A DNA stretch of 32,740 nt from a virus. Its lineage: Duplodnaviria > Caudoviricetes. Each line of letters starts with the position of its first letter. The first letter of the stretch is position 1. Where the stretch lies: positions 1 to 32,740 of IMG/VR virus record IMGVR_UViG_3300034777_000465; one strand, written 5' to 3'. This document shows, in pieces, positions 1 to 9,003 of this stretch. The notes below the pieces were generated by a model. That model did no database searches and was not told the origin of the DNA. It was given only the letters and a program-made list of their open reading frames with translations. The translations under genes and the position numbers were made by a program.

Positions 1-29
1 GCACCAGTTAGGTCTGCATAACTTAGGTC
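1..29. repeat. Terminal direct repeat (left copy); circular contig overlap
   Basis: gcaccagttaggtctgcataacttaggtc at 1-29 is identical to 32712-32740. Confidence 0.9.
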
Positions 30-212
30 AGCATCACTTAGGTTAGCACCACATAGGTCAGCACCGCTTAGGTCAGCATCACTTAGGTCGGCACCATTTA
101 GGTCGGCACCATTTAGGTCAGCACCATTTAAGTCAGCACATTCACCGCCTTCCTCATCATCTAGCCATAATTTATGTTTTTCTATGATTGTGTTTAGTTC
201 TTCTTTATTCAT
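1..212 (-). CDS. Pentapeptide-repeat protein, 5' part (continues across the circular junction to 32627)
   Basis: ATG at 212: [25 protein letters not shown] followed by A(D/N)Lxx repeats ([30 protein letters not shown]...), 15-bp DNA periodicity; absent from the ORF track. Confidence 0.85.
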   Translation of the reverse strand, partial: MNKEELNTIIEKHKLWLDDEEGGECADLNGADLNGADLNGADLSDADLSGADLCGANLSDADLSYADLTG

Positions 213-228
213 TGTTATTGCCCCTATG

Positions 229-450
229 TTATTTGATGCGCTCATAGTTATATTGTATTTGTTTAACATGTTTTAGCCCCATGGCGCTCAGGATAGTTGG
301 GCCTGGCAGCTTTGAGGCGTTGATGGCACTAGATATTACCTGTGCTGATATACCCCACTTGCGGCCAGCAGCAGCAGGGCCGCCCAGCTCTTTAACTTCT
401 GCATTAAGCTCTTTAAGCATTTTTTTTGTACTGATAATTTCGCCTTTCAT
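229..450 (-). CDS. Cro-like HTH DNA-binding protein
   Basis: 73 aa with HTH-like [22 protein letters not shown]; divergent from the early operon; RBS gaggtg. Confidence 0.6.
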   Translation of the reverse strand: MKGEIISTKKMLKELNAEVKELGGPAAAGRKWGISAQVISSAINASKLPGPTILSAMGLKHVKQIQYNYERIK

Positions 451-474
451 ATTTCACCTCTGAGTTTATTTTCT

Positions 475-558
475 TAATAATAATCACAAAAAAGCGTTGA
501 CGCAAGCGAAAAAACGATTATAATTAGTCACAAGTTAATCAAAACGGAGATCAAAAAA
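475..558. promoter_or_regulatory. Divergent sigma70-type promoters with a palindrome over the -35 elements
   Basis: + strand TTGACG (497-502) N16 TATAAT (519-524), RBS aacggag; - strand TTGCGT N17 TATTAT; palindrome GCGT-TG-ACGC at 494-503. Confidence 0.65.
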
Positions 559-780
559 ATGGCTATATGCAGAGTTGAGCAGGAAACAAACGCCTATCTC
601 GAAAGACAATCATTGATAGATAGTATCTTTGACGCTGGCTTGTTAGATATTCGCTGCAAAGTATGTAAAGAGTCTAAACCTAATAAAGATATGGCCTTTG
701 TATTCGATCATATTGATGAAGGCTGCTGCAAAGATTGTGCTGAAATTGACCACGTAAAATCAGACTTGGGATTTGAATAA
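559..780 (+). CDS. Small protein, possible zinc finger
   Basis: CKVC...CKDC pairs; good RBS. Confidence 0.6.
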   Translation: MAICRVEQETNAYLERQSLIDSIFDAGLLDIRCKVCKESKPNKDMAFVFDHIDEGCCKDCAEIDHVKSDLGFE

Positions 781-959
781 TGAATATTAATATTGATGAT
801 GAAACTTTGGCTTTATTAAATGATTTTGAAAACGAGCTGGCAAATCCTGTAGTCAATAATGATACGGCAAACTCTTTTCAGAAAGCGAGGGTTGCCTTAC
901 TTTCAAATCTTGTGGCTAAGATTAAAACTGAGCAAATGTTAGAAAGAGTAGCATCATAA
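780..959 (+). CDS. Hypothetical protein (59 aa)
   Basis: MNINIDDETLALL...ERVAS*; TAATG coupling at both ends; below the ORF-track cutoff. Confidence 0.6.
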   Translation: MNINIDDETLALLNDFENELANPVVNNDTANSFQKARVALLSNLVAKIKTEQMLERVAS

Positions 960-1117
960 TGGAAACTCAAGAAGTATTTAACAATTGGGTAAAGGTTCGT
1001 GCATCAATGCACTTTGAGCAAGGCAATTATCAGAATGAGTATGAGGCGGGCAGCATAGAACGCGCCGTTTACGATGAAGAATGGCAACGATTAACGGAGT
1101 TAGATAACAATGAATAA
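959..1117 (+). CDS. Hypothetical protein (52 aa)
   Basis: METQEVFNNWVKVR...LDNNE*; coupled to the upstream ORF and overlapping the erf start. Confidence 0.55.
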   Translation: METQEVFNNWVKVRASMHFEQGNYQNEYEAGSIERAVYDEEWQRLTELDNNE

Positions 1118-1682
1118 ATCAGAATCAATAACAGAGTTAGCAAAAGCCTTATGCAAGGCGCAATCAGTAATGGGAGGCGCTAGCAAAGGCGCAGACAACC
1201 CATTTTTTAAATCAAAATATGCTGATTTATCGGCAGTAGTTCAAGCTATAAAAGAGCCTTTTTCTGATAACGGATTAAGCTACATTCAATTTCCTATTGA
1301 AGATAATGGGCGGATCGGTATTGAGACAACTTTAATGCACGAATCAGGTGAGTGGATAACTAACTCATTTACTGTGCAGCTCGACAAACAGAACGCGCAG
1401 GGTGCCGGGTCAGCTATTACTTATTGTCGCCGCTATGGATTGCAAGCTATTGCTGGCATCCCAAGCGAAGATGATGATGGTAATTCAGCATCTGCCCCTG
1501 TTAAGAAAATAACAGCCAGCCAGGTTAAGGAAATAAAAACCCTGCTATTAAGGGCTGAATATGGCGAAGAGGCTTTGTGTGCTGATGTTCGCATTGGCTC
1601 ACTTAAAGAATTGTCAGCAGAACGCTTTGAAGGCTGTATTGGATACCTAACAAACATGATTGCATCAAAGGAGCATGGATAA
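1110..1682 (+). CDS. erf: ERF-family single-strand annealing recombinase
   Basis: ELAKALCKAQ, NPFFKSKYADL and the GSAITYCRRYGL...EDDDG signature. Confidence 0.9.
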   Translation: MNKSESITELAKALCKAQSVMGGASKGADNPFFKSKYADLSAVVQAIKEPFSDNGLSYIQFPIEDNGRIGIETTLMHESGEWITNSFTVQLDKQNAQGAGSAITYCRRYGLQAIAGIPSEDDDGNSASAPVKKITASQVKEIKTLLLRAEYGEEALCADVRIGSLKELSAERFEGCIGYLTNMIASKEHG

Positions 1683-2368
1683 TGAATGTATTTATTGATA
1701 TTGAAACAATCCCGCAGCAGCCAGAAGCAGAAACTAAGGCTTTAATTGCTGAGACTATTACCGCACCCGCCACCATGAAGAAGAAGGAAACTATAGACGC
1801 TTGGCACAATGGCGAAGGCAAGTACGAAGGCGAAAAGGATAAAGCTATCGAGGATGTTTATCGTAAGACTTCATTTAATGGAGCTAAAGGTGAAATATGT
1901 TCTATTGCATGGTGCTTTGAGGGCGATGCAGAAGATATGTTTTCTGTAAGTAGAAAGGATGGTGATGAGGCATTTATTCTTAGCGAGTTTTTTGAAAGCA
2001 TTAGAACATTAACTAATGGTCGCCCCCCTTATTTTATTGGTCAATACATTGGCGGGTTTGATCTTAAATTTATATTCCACCGCGCTATTATTTTAGGTGT
2101 TAAGCCTCCTTTTAAAATCCCTTTTGATGGTCGACATGGTTCAAGCTTTTATTGTACACAGGCAGCATGGGCTGGCTTTGGCGGTCGAATTAGCCAAAAT
2201 AACTTATGTAAGGCTTTAGGTATTGAAGGTAAACCTGATGATATTGACGGCTCTAAAGTTTGGGATTTTTATAAGGCTGGAAAGATTAATCGTATCGAAG
2301 AATACAATCGTTATGATGTTGAAACTCAAGTAGAAATTTATAACCGTATAAACTTTATTGGAGAGTAA
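1682..2368 (+). CDS. 3'-5' exonuclease, DnaQ/PolB-exo-like (DEDD)
   Basis: FIDIET (ExoI), GFDLKFI (ExoII), EYNRYDV (ExoIII). Confidence 0.8.
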   Translation: MNVFIDIETIPQQPEAETKALIAETITAPATMKKKETIDAWHNGEGKYEGEKDKAIEDVYRKTSFNGAKGEICSIAWCFEGDAEDMFSVSRKDGDEAFILSEFFESIRTLTNGRPPYFIGQYIGGFDLKFIFHRAIILGVKPPFKIPFDGRHGSSFYCTQAAWAGFGGRISQNNLCKALGIEGKPDDIDGSKVWDFYKAGKINRIEEYNRYDVETQVEIYNRINFIGE

Positions 2369-2369
2369 A

Positions 2370-2768
<399 letters not shown>

Positions 2769-2782
2769 CGGAGATTTAAAAA

Positions 2783-3805
2783 ATGACAGAACTAAAAACA
2801 GTAACGGCTTATGATGACTTCCGCGCTAAAATCGCGGAGGTTAAGGATAATTGCAATTTCCTTCCTGATGTATCAACCGATGAGGGTTATACAAAGTCTA
2901 AGCGTGTGTCTCTTGATGTGGGCAAGATTCTTACGTCTATTGAGAAAAAAAGGGTAGAATTAAAAGCAGAATCATTGGCAGTGGGTAGGGCAATTGATCT
3001 AGAAGCTAAAACGCTTGTGGCAGAACTAGAAGAGTTTCAGCTACCACACAAAGAAGCTTATAAGGAGTTAGACAACCTTAAAAAAGAGCGCGAAGCTAAT
3101 CGAAAGGCCGAGCTAGAAGAGCGTGTTAGAGTTATTCGTGAGCTTCCAGGGTCTATGGCCGATAGTGATTCTAATGGCGTTAAGATGGCAATGGAAAGCT
3201 TACAGGTTGAAGAGTGCCTAGACTTCTATGAATACACTGAGCAAGCGTTAAAGGCTAGAGGCGCATCAAAAGAAGCGCTGGCTAAAATGTTTGCTGATAA
3301 ATTGCAGGCCGAGAAAGATGCTATTGAGCTGGCAGAGCTAAGAAAAAAACAAGCCGAACAGGAACAAAAAGAACGTGATGAGCGCATCGCTAAAGAGGCG
3401 GCAGAGAAAGCCGAGCGTGAAGCTGAAGAAGCTAAGAAGGCCGAGCTTGCAGCCGTTGAAGCAGCGGCTGAGGCAGTTAGACAGCGCGAGGCAGCCGAAA
3501 AGCAAGCAAAGATAAATGCCGAGAATGCAGAGAAGGCCCGTATTGCTGCTGAAGAAAAGGCCAAGCAGGATGCTATAGAAGCTGCCGAACAGGCTAAGCA
3601 AGAACAGATTGAGCTGCAAAAGGAAAAGGAAAAAGCTGAAAATGCAGAGCGTGAAAAGCGTGAAGCTAATAAGCGTCATATTAGTAAGATTCGAGGAGAG
3701 GCTAAAGACTCTTTAATGGCACTGGGTTTAGATGAATTAGTGGCTAAAAAGCTTGTTCTTGCTATTCACAATAGCGAGATTACTAACGTATCAATTAGTT
3801 ATTAG
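2783..3805 (+). CDS. Long coiled-coil protein (Ala/Glu/Lys-rich)
   Basis: 340 aa with heptad-like A/E/K repeats, located in the recombination module. Confidence 0.7.
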   Translation: MTELKTVTAYDDFRAKIAEVKDNCNFLPDVSTDEGYTKSKRVSLDVGKILTSIEKKRVELKAESLAVGRAIDLEAKTLVAELEEFQLPHKEAYKELDNLKKEREANRKAELEERVRVIRELPGSMADSDSNGVKMAMESLQVEECLDFYEYTEQALKARGASKEALAKMFADKLQAEKDAIELAELRKKQAEQEQKERDERIAKEAAEKAEREAEEAKKAELAAVEAAAEAVRQREAAEKQAKINAENAEKARIAAEEKAKQDAIEAAEQAKQEQIELQKEKEKAENAEREKREANKRHISKIRGEAKDSLMALGLDELVAKKLVLAIHNSEITNVSISY

Positions 3806-3813
3806 GAGTACTT

Positions 3814-4146
3814 ATGCCAAGCAAAACAAAAGAAGATGCAATGAATATGATATTGGCGGTGATAAGAGATAATCCCGGCATAACATCTAAAAAAGTTATT
3901 GATATAATCCCGGTAGCCCCAAGCACAGCTAGAGTTTGCATAACAATGCTGATTAAAAAGAAAAATATTTCAATGATAAAACGAGGCACTGAAAGACTTT
4001 TATATACGCCACAACATATTGCTGAAAACAACATAAAAGGCGAATCGCCAAAACCGCCAGCCGGTAGCTTATTAAGTCAAAAGCCTGTTAATTCTATATT
4101 GGAAAGCCAATTAAAATTTAACCAGTTATTCCAGGCAGCTCGATAA
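3814..4146 (+). CDS. Winged-helix DNA-binding protein
   Basis: ILAVIRDNPGITSKKVIDIIPVAPSTARVCITMLIKK pattern. Confidence 0.6.
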   Translation: MPSKTKEDAMNMILAVIRDNPGITSKKVIDIIPVAPSTARVCITMLIKKKNISMIKRGTERLLYTPQHIAENNIKGESPKPPAGSLLSQKPVNSILESQLKFNQLFQAAR

Positions 4147-4157
4147 GAGCATTTTGT

Positions 4158-4187
4158 GCGGCTGAGGTGAGTGGTAGCCGCTTTTTT
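4158..4187 (+). terminator. Rho-independent terminator
   Basis: gcggct...agccgc stem followed by tttttt. Confidence 0.55.
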
Positions 4188-4200
4188 ATAGGGGAAATAC

Positions 4201-4503
4201 ATGGAAATCGAAAATAGATTAAGAAAGAGAATAGAGAAAGAAGTTGAAGAAGAACTACAGAACGCGCTTTCAACATTCCATAGGCTTATTAAGCCAGAAC
4301 ATCACACAGTTCAAATTGATATAAGTAAATTCAAGTATCCAGAAATCGTTAATCTTTATGACCTGCTTTGTCATATTGTCAGTCAAAGAAAACAGGCAGT
4401 TCTAAAGCATAGGGGTGATGCAGAAATTAGAGATTTTATTAAAAAAGTAGACTCTATGCAAAGCCAAATAAATGATCTTTATGATGGGCTTGAAGATGCC
4501 TAG
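4201..4503 (+). CDS. Hypothetical protein
   Basis: 100 aa ORF with RBS aggggaa. Confidence 0.6.
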   Translation: MEIENRLRKRIEKEVEEELQNALSTFHRLIKPEHHTVQIDISKFKYPEIVNLYDLLCHIVSQRKQAVLKHRGDAEIRDFIKKVDSMQSQINDLYDGLEDA

Positions 4504-4939
4504 AGTAATACTAACCTTTGTAGGAGTAGTAAACGGCGTTAAAGCCTATGCGCCTATGGATGCTGAAGATGAGGCGGCTATAGGTGATATGACTACAATT
4601 GTCTGTGATGTAAAAGGTGAAAGGGCTAAGCGTACTACTAAGCAGAATAAGGCCATACATAAATACTGCTCGCTCTTGGCCACGGCATTTAATGACGCTG
4701 GGCTTGATATGAAGGCGGTATTAGCTGAGAAAGAGGCAGAGGTTAGCTGGTCAATGGATAGTGTTAAAGATGTTATCTGGCGGCCAATACAGCAGGCTAT
4801 GTACCCTGATAAGAAATCCACAACACAGCTGGAGACTGATGAAGTTGGAAAGGTTTATGAGCAGATAGCTAGGCATATGTCTGAGAAATTTAATATTAAT
4901 CAATCATTTCCTAACCGTTTTTTTGATTATGGTGTATAA
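4496..4939 (+). CDS. ninB: NinB/Orf-like recombination protein
   Basis: KRTTKQNKAIH motif, KDVIWRPIQ, KKSTTQL; start MPRV at 4496. Confidence 0.65.
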   Translation: MPRVILTFVGVVNGVKAYAPMDAEDEAAIGDMTTIVCDVKGERAKRTTKQNKAIHKYCSLLATAFNDAGLDMKAVLAEKEAEVSWSMDSVKDVIWRPIQQAMYPDKKSTTQLETDEVGKVYEQIARHMSEKFNINQSFPNRFFDYGV

Positions 4940-5001
4940 TGAACGGACAAGGCCAGATGATGCTGGCCCCATCCTAACCAGAACATTAAGAGAGTAATGC
5001 A

Positions 5002-5214
5002 ATGGCTACACAAGATTCTACACCAAAACCTGAGTTATTACCTTGTCCTTTTTGTGGGGCAGATGCCGCGCAATATAGTTTTATTTCCGCTGGTGATCTC
5101 CGCTACATGACATATTGCTCATCCCCTGCATCTTCTATTGGCTGTGCTGGAACTTCAACCTCAAGCAAAGAAACGCAAGAACTTGCCGATGTAAGTTGGA
5201 ATAGCCGCGCATGA
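5002..5214 (+). CDS. lar: Lar-family restriction alleviation protein
   Basis: LLPCPFCG ... C..C ... WNSRA signature. Confidence 0.7.
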   Translation: MATQDSTPKPELLPCPFCGADAAQYSFISAGDLRYMTYCSSPASSIGCAGTSTSSKETQELADVSWNSRA

Positions 5215-5510
5215 GTAGAAGATCATACACAAAAAAAGACAGACAACGAGCAGACAAATTGCGTGAACTAGGCTGTATTGTCTGCCTAAATGAGTATGGC
5301 GTTTATACTCCACCTGCTATACATCATTTAGATGGCCAAACTAAGTCAGGCTGCCACCAGCTTACTATTCCGCTATGCCCTAGACATCACCAACATAAAG
5401 ACAATAACAAGCCGCCCAGATGGTTTGCTCGGCATGGTGAATATATGCAATTTTCAGAAGCATACGGAACAGAATGGGAATTACTCAAACAGGTAAACGG
5501 ATTAATATGA
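5211..5510 (+). CDS. Ref-like HNH nuclease (recombination enhancement family)
   Basis: LGCIVC, PAIHH, TIPLCPRHH, YGTEWELL. Confidence 0.7.
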   Translation: MSRRSYTKKDRQRADKLRELGCIVCLNEYGVYTPPAIHHLDGQTKSGCHQLTIPLCPRHHQHKDNNKPPRWFARHGEYMQFSEAYGTEWELLKQVNGLI

Positions 5511-5827
5511 GAATCAACATTAAGCCCTTATCAGTCAATGAGGCATGGCAAGGCAGACGGTTTAAAACACCTAAATATAAGCATTATGAGCGTGATGTAT
5601 TGCTTCTACTTAAGCCTATGGATATTCCTGCGGGTGAGTTGGTTATTTATCTTGAGTGGGGATTTAGCAATGCCAGTTGTGATTGGGATAATCCTATAAA
5701 ACCGTTTCAAGATATTCTGCAAAAAAAATATAAGTTTGATGATAAAAGAGTAGTCGACGCTCGGATTAGAAAGGTAAAGGTTAAGAAGGGCCAAGAGTAT
5801 ATTAATTTTGATATTTACGCTTACTAA
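5507..5827 (+). CDS. rusA: RusA-like Holliday junction resolvase
   Basis: PLSVN, DWDNPIKPFQDIL, FDDKRV; ATGA overlap at 5507. Confidence 0.8.
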   Translation: MRINIKPLSVNEAWQGRRFKTPKYKHYERDVLLLLKPMDIPAGELVIYLEWGFSNASCDWDNPIKPFQDILQKKYKFDDKRVVDARIRKVKVKKGQEYINFDIYAY

Positions 5828-5840
5828 AGGAGATTGAACA

Positions 5841-6116
5841 ATGACTAAATACGCACAACTTGAAAAGGTAAAAAACGACATCAACCAGGATGTAATAAGA
5901 GAAGTAATCGCCACTGGAAAGAAAATATGCAGAATTTATTACAAGGTGATTCATGGTGTTCTGGTTATGGTTTCAATTGATAGAGTGGTTAAACCTGAAA
6001 TTGACAAAACAAAAGAAATAATCAAGCAATTGATGAAGGACAGCAAACGCAAACATAACTTTAATGATGAATTTATTTTTACCTACTCAATACCTATGCT
6101 AACGGAGGCTGTATGA
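5841..6116 (+). CDS. Hypothetical protein
   Basis: 91 aa with strong RBS aaggag. Confidence 0.6.
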   Translation: MTKYAQLEKVKNDINQDVIREVIATGKKICRIYYKVIHGVLVMVSIDRVVKPEIDKTKEIIKQLMKDSKRKHNFNDEFIFTYSIPMLTEAV

Positions 6117-6147
6117 GCACACCCGCATCAGTACTGAGTAGTACGCT

Positions 6148-6405
6148 ATGAATAAGGCAGAAATACTCGATAGCAAATTGCATGGACTTATGTGGTCTGG
6201 CAAACAATATACCCTCTGCGAATTGCACCGTATGACAGGAAGCGACAAATATATGACGCTTAAATCATTCAGAAATAGGATGGCGGAACGAAATATTATC
6301 TATAGGAAAAATGGCAATTATTATAGATGTGTGGCTGTTATAATACCTGCACCATGTGAGTTAAAAAGAAGGTTTAAAAGTTGGCTATTAAAGGCAATGC
6401 AGTAG
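6148..6405 (+). CDS. Hypothetical protein, possibly winged helix
   Basis: 85 aa basic ORF in the operon. Confidence 0.5.
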   Translation: MNKAEILDSKLHGLMWSGKQYTLCELHRMTGSDKYMTLKSFRNRMAERNIIYRKNGNYYRCVAVIIPAPCELKRRFKSWLLKAMQ

Positions 6406-6557
6406 AATGGCATAAGGCGATTATCCGGGATAAACGCGATAGAATTGCGTTAATTCGAGATATTGCGATTGAGTTTAATATGGATGCTGATTTGATTGCT
6501 GAAATCCAAGAGCATCACAACATTCAAGAAATGAAATTAAAAGAGCTGGAGAATTAA
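6381..6557 (+). CDS. Hypothetical protein (58 aa, TTG start)
   Basis: MAIKGNAVEWHKAIIRD...ELEN*, ending directly before the holin ATG; RBS gaagg. Confidence 0.45.
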   Translation: MAIKGNAVEWHKAIIRDKRDRIALIRDIAIEFNMDADLIAEIQEHHNIQEMKLKELEN

Positions 6558-6956
6558 ATGAGCTGGTTTGGAGCAGACAAAAGTATAGACGCTAGCAGCA
6601 AAGTGGTTGCAGAAGTTGGTAAAGCTATTGATGGCATTTTTACCAGCGACCAAGAAAGGCTAACGCACCAGGAGGCTATTGCTAGATTAGAAAACGCACC
6701 TCATGAGGTAATGGGCAAATTGTCCATTATTGAGGCGCAACACAGGTCAATCTTTGTGGCAGGATGGCGGCCAGCAGTGGGGTGGATATGTGCCGCTGGT
6801 ATTGGATTTGCTTTTATCGTCAACCCATTACTTGAGCGTTATACTCAGGGCAATGCCGTTGAGGTGCCATTGGATATGATTCTTGAGTTGGTTCTTGCCA
6901 TGCTTGGTATGGGTGCATTAAGAACTGTTGAAAAAGTAAAAGGTATCACTAAATAA
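6558..6956 (+). CDS. Holin, 3TM (GTA-holin) family
   Basis: SIFVAGWRPAVGWIC and MLGMGALRTVEKVKG signature. Confidence 0.8.
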   Translation: MSWFGADKSIDASSKVVAEVGKAIDGIFTSDQERLTHQEAIARLENAPHEVMGKLSIIEAQHRSIFVAGWRPAVGWICAAGIGFAFIVNPLLERYTQGNAVEVPLDMILELVLAMLGMGALRTVEKVKGITK

Positions 6957-6972
6957 AATAGGGGAAAGGAAC

Positions 6973-7167
6973 ATGAAAAACATTTTTAGTAATATTGTAA
7001 CTGCAATTCTATTATCATTATTTATATTACCGTTTGTGATTAACGGTTATAAGCTGGCTGGCTGTGATTTTGAAGCGCCTTTTAAATGCGAGGTATCCCA
7101 TGCTATTGGTGTTTTTATGCCGCCTGCGTCAATAATAACAGTCTGGTTTGATGACGATCGCAAATAA
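6973..7167 (+). CDS. Small membrane protein
   Basis: N-terminal TM segment, CDFEAPFKCE, second hydrophobic segment. Confidence 0.6.
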   Translation: MKNIFSNIVTAILLSLFILPFVINGYKLAGCDFEAPFKCEVSHAIGVFMPPASIITVWFDDDRK

Positions 7168-7190
7168 CAATCAACAAAGGGAAAAAGGCA

Positions 7191-7418
7191 ATGGATATAA
7201 CAGTAGAAGAAATGATTTTATCAGTATTAACCACGCGCTCCTATAGAACACCAGAAGCAATATGTGATGAAACGGAATACAAATATGGTAGATTTTGGAA
7301 GGTCTCAAATGTTGAAAGGCGACTGAGAGAGCTTGCAGTAAAAGGGCTAGTTACCAGCAAATCATATAAAAACACTCACAACAATAGTTCACATAGCAGA
7401 TGGAAAAGGAGCAAATAA
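7191..7418 (+). CDS. Winged-HTH-like protein
   Basis: VSNVERRLRELAVKGLV. Confidence 0.5.
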   Translation: MDITVEEMILSVLTTRSYRTPEAICDETEYKYGRFWKVSNVERRLRELAVKGLVTSKSYKNTHNNSSHSRWKRSK

Positions 7419-7598
7419 TTGTTAATTTTAACTAGAAGAATAGGCGAAAGAATCATCATAGGTGATGATATAAAAGTCACTGTATTGGGTATTAGCAACG
7501 GCCAGGTCAGAATAGGCATTGATGCTCCCAAACAATTACGAGTAGATAGAGAAGAAGTTAGAGAGCGAATCAATAAGGAGCAGGGTAATGACTTTTAG
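7419..7598 (+). CDS. csrA: CsrA/RsmA-family translational regulator
   Basis: TTG start, RBS aaggag; [59 protein letters not shown] matches the CsrA consensus; missed by the ORF track (59 aa). Confidence 0.92.
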   Translation: MLILTRRIGERIIIGDDIKVTVLGISNGQVRIGIDAPKQLRVDREEVRERINKEQGNDF

Positions 7599-7806
7599 GC
7601 CATTTAGGGTAAGAGAGATAAGAAACAAATATTTAAGGCGGGCAGTCATGCTCGTATTATTTATGCCTATGCTATTTGGGAATATATTTATTAACACCTG
7701 TTTTGCGCCATTTAGTCTTTTGATTAATATTTGTAATGGCTTCGTTATTCTTTGGAATAGTTTTGTTGAGGTTTGGAATATAAAAGAGGAGCAGGGTAAT
7801 GATTGA
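7588..7806 (+). CDS. Small membrane protein
   Basis: Basic N-terminus followed by a long hydrophobic stretch; flanked by a 16-bp direct repeat. Confidence 0.6.
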   Translation: MTFRPFRVREIRNKYLRRAVMLVLFMPMLFGNIFINTCFAPFSLLINICNGFVILWNSFVEVWNIKEEQGND

Positions 7807-8218
7807 TATTGAAAAGCTAACAGCAGAGTTGAAGCGCGATGAAGGTTATCGCGACAAGGTATATACCTGTTCTGCTGGTAAATTAACTATTGGCTATGGC
7901 CACAACATAGAAGACAACCCAATCCCTGAAAAGATCGCTAATGATCTTTTAGGGCATGATATAGGGCAGGCATTAGCGAAATGTGAACGCTGGGGGTGGT
8001 TTTATCCATTATCCGATGTTCGTAAGCGCGTTATTGTTAATATGGTGTTTAATATCGGTGCTGGTGGCGTTGCTATGTTCCGTCGAATGATTGACGCTAT
8101 CGAATGTCGGGAGTTTGATAGGGCCGCCCATGAAATGCGTGACAGCCGTTGGCATTCACAGGTAGGTCAGAGAGCTGAACGTCTGGCTGTAATGATGGAA
8201 ACTAATAACGATGTATAA
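7799..8218 (+). CDS. Endolysin, T4-lysozyme-like (GH24)
   Basis: LKRDEG..YTCSAGKLTIGYGHN, NMVFNIG, SRWHSQVGQRAERL. Confidence 0.9.
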   Translation: MIDIEKLTAELKRDEGYRDKVYTCSAGKLTIGYGHNIEDNPIPEKIANDLLGHDIGQALAKCERWGWFYPLSDVRKRVIVNMVFNIGAGGVAMFRRMIDAIECREFDRAAHEMRDSRWHSQVGQRAERLAVMMETNNDV

Positions 8219-8375
8219 GCCGAAAATAATTTACAGCCCAAAAACAAAAAGTTATTACATGTGCAACGGGTCATCTGATGCACCCATGAATACTAGGGGT
8301 AATATGCTAGAATTAAAACCAGACACGCATGAACAGCGCAAGCTTATTAAGGCGACCATGAGGCTGTTAAAATAG
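8211..8375 (+). CDS. Hypothetical protein (54 aa)
   Basis: MYKPKIIYSPKTKSYY...RLLK*, overlapping the endolysin stop. Confidence 0.4.
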   Translation: MYKPKIIYSPKTKSYYMCNGSSDAPMNTRGNMLELKPDTHEQRKLIKATMRLLK

Positions 8376-8467
8376 CTAACGTGTAGCTTTGGCCGTTGAA
8401 AGGCGGTATTGAAACGGGAGCCGCTCCGTACACGTAAAGGCACTAATTAACCTATAGGGGAAATAAA

Positions 8468-8998
8468 ATGCAAAAACTAACTAAAAAACAAACAATTACT
8501 GCTGTTGTAATTGTATCAATGACGGTAGTAGCTATCGCTCTGGCTGTATTATTCGCGCCAAAAGCAGAGGCAGGAGGCGGGTATATGGGAGCATCGGGTA
8601 ACTATATCGACACACCACTTACCAATCATACAGGGGTCACTCTGCACGGTGGATATAACTTTAATGATTTTTTAGGATTAGAGGGCCGATACCTTGTTAA
8701 TTCATCAGAAGAGGGCCATCAGGGCGCATCTGTCGAAATTGATTCGCTTTATGGCATTTATCTTGTTGGCACCGTTCCTGTTACTGACTCTCTTGGTGTT
8801 TATGTTGTATTTGGTCATTCACGCGCAGAAGTGAGAGCCAGCTATTACTATGATTCTGAGACAGCAAGCGAAAGCTCAAGCTCTTTAGGATTTGGCCTTA
8901 AATATGATTTAGTGGAGGCATGGACAATCAATGCTGAATACACTGAGCTGTTTGATAACATTGACCAATTCAATGTTGGATTGAAACTTAATTTCTAA
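8468..8998 (+). CDS. Outer-membrane beta-barrel protein (OmpA-TM / Ail-Lom-like)
   Basis: Signal peptide ending AEA, GGYNFNDFLGLEGRY, GFGLKYD, alternating beta-strands, C-terminal Phe (VGLKLNF). Confidence 0.85.
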   Translation: MQKLTKKQTITAVVIVSMTVVAIALAVLFAPKAEAGGGYMGASGNYIDTPLTNHTGVTLHGGYNFNDFLGLEGRYLVNSSEEGHQGASVEIDSLYGIYLVGTVPVTDSLGVYVVFGHSRAEVRASYYYDSETASESSSSLGFGLKYDLVEAWTINAEYTELFDNIDQFNVGLKLNF

Positions 8999-9003
8999 AC
9001 AGT

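Noticed and set aside
1-140. 15-bp tandem repeats as CRISPR or iterons
   Set aside because: Fully explained as pentapeptide-repeat coding sequence on the - strand.
3226-3679. Antisense ORFs here and opposite the TMP, MCP, portal and TerL genes
   Set aside because: Shadow ORFs of well-supported genes, lacking RBS and recognisable motifs.
4951-4968. Hairpin ggccag-atgatg-ctggcc as a terminator
   Set aside because: No U-tract and only a 6-bp stem; insufficient support.
7376-7573. 65-aa minus-strand ORF from the track
   Set aside because: It is the antisense shadow of csrA.
8379-8435. Canonical tRNA gene
   Set aside because: Too short, with no TTCGA T-loop, no 7-nt anticodon loop and no CCA.
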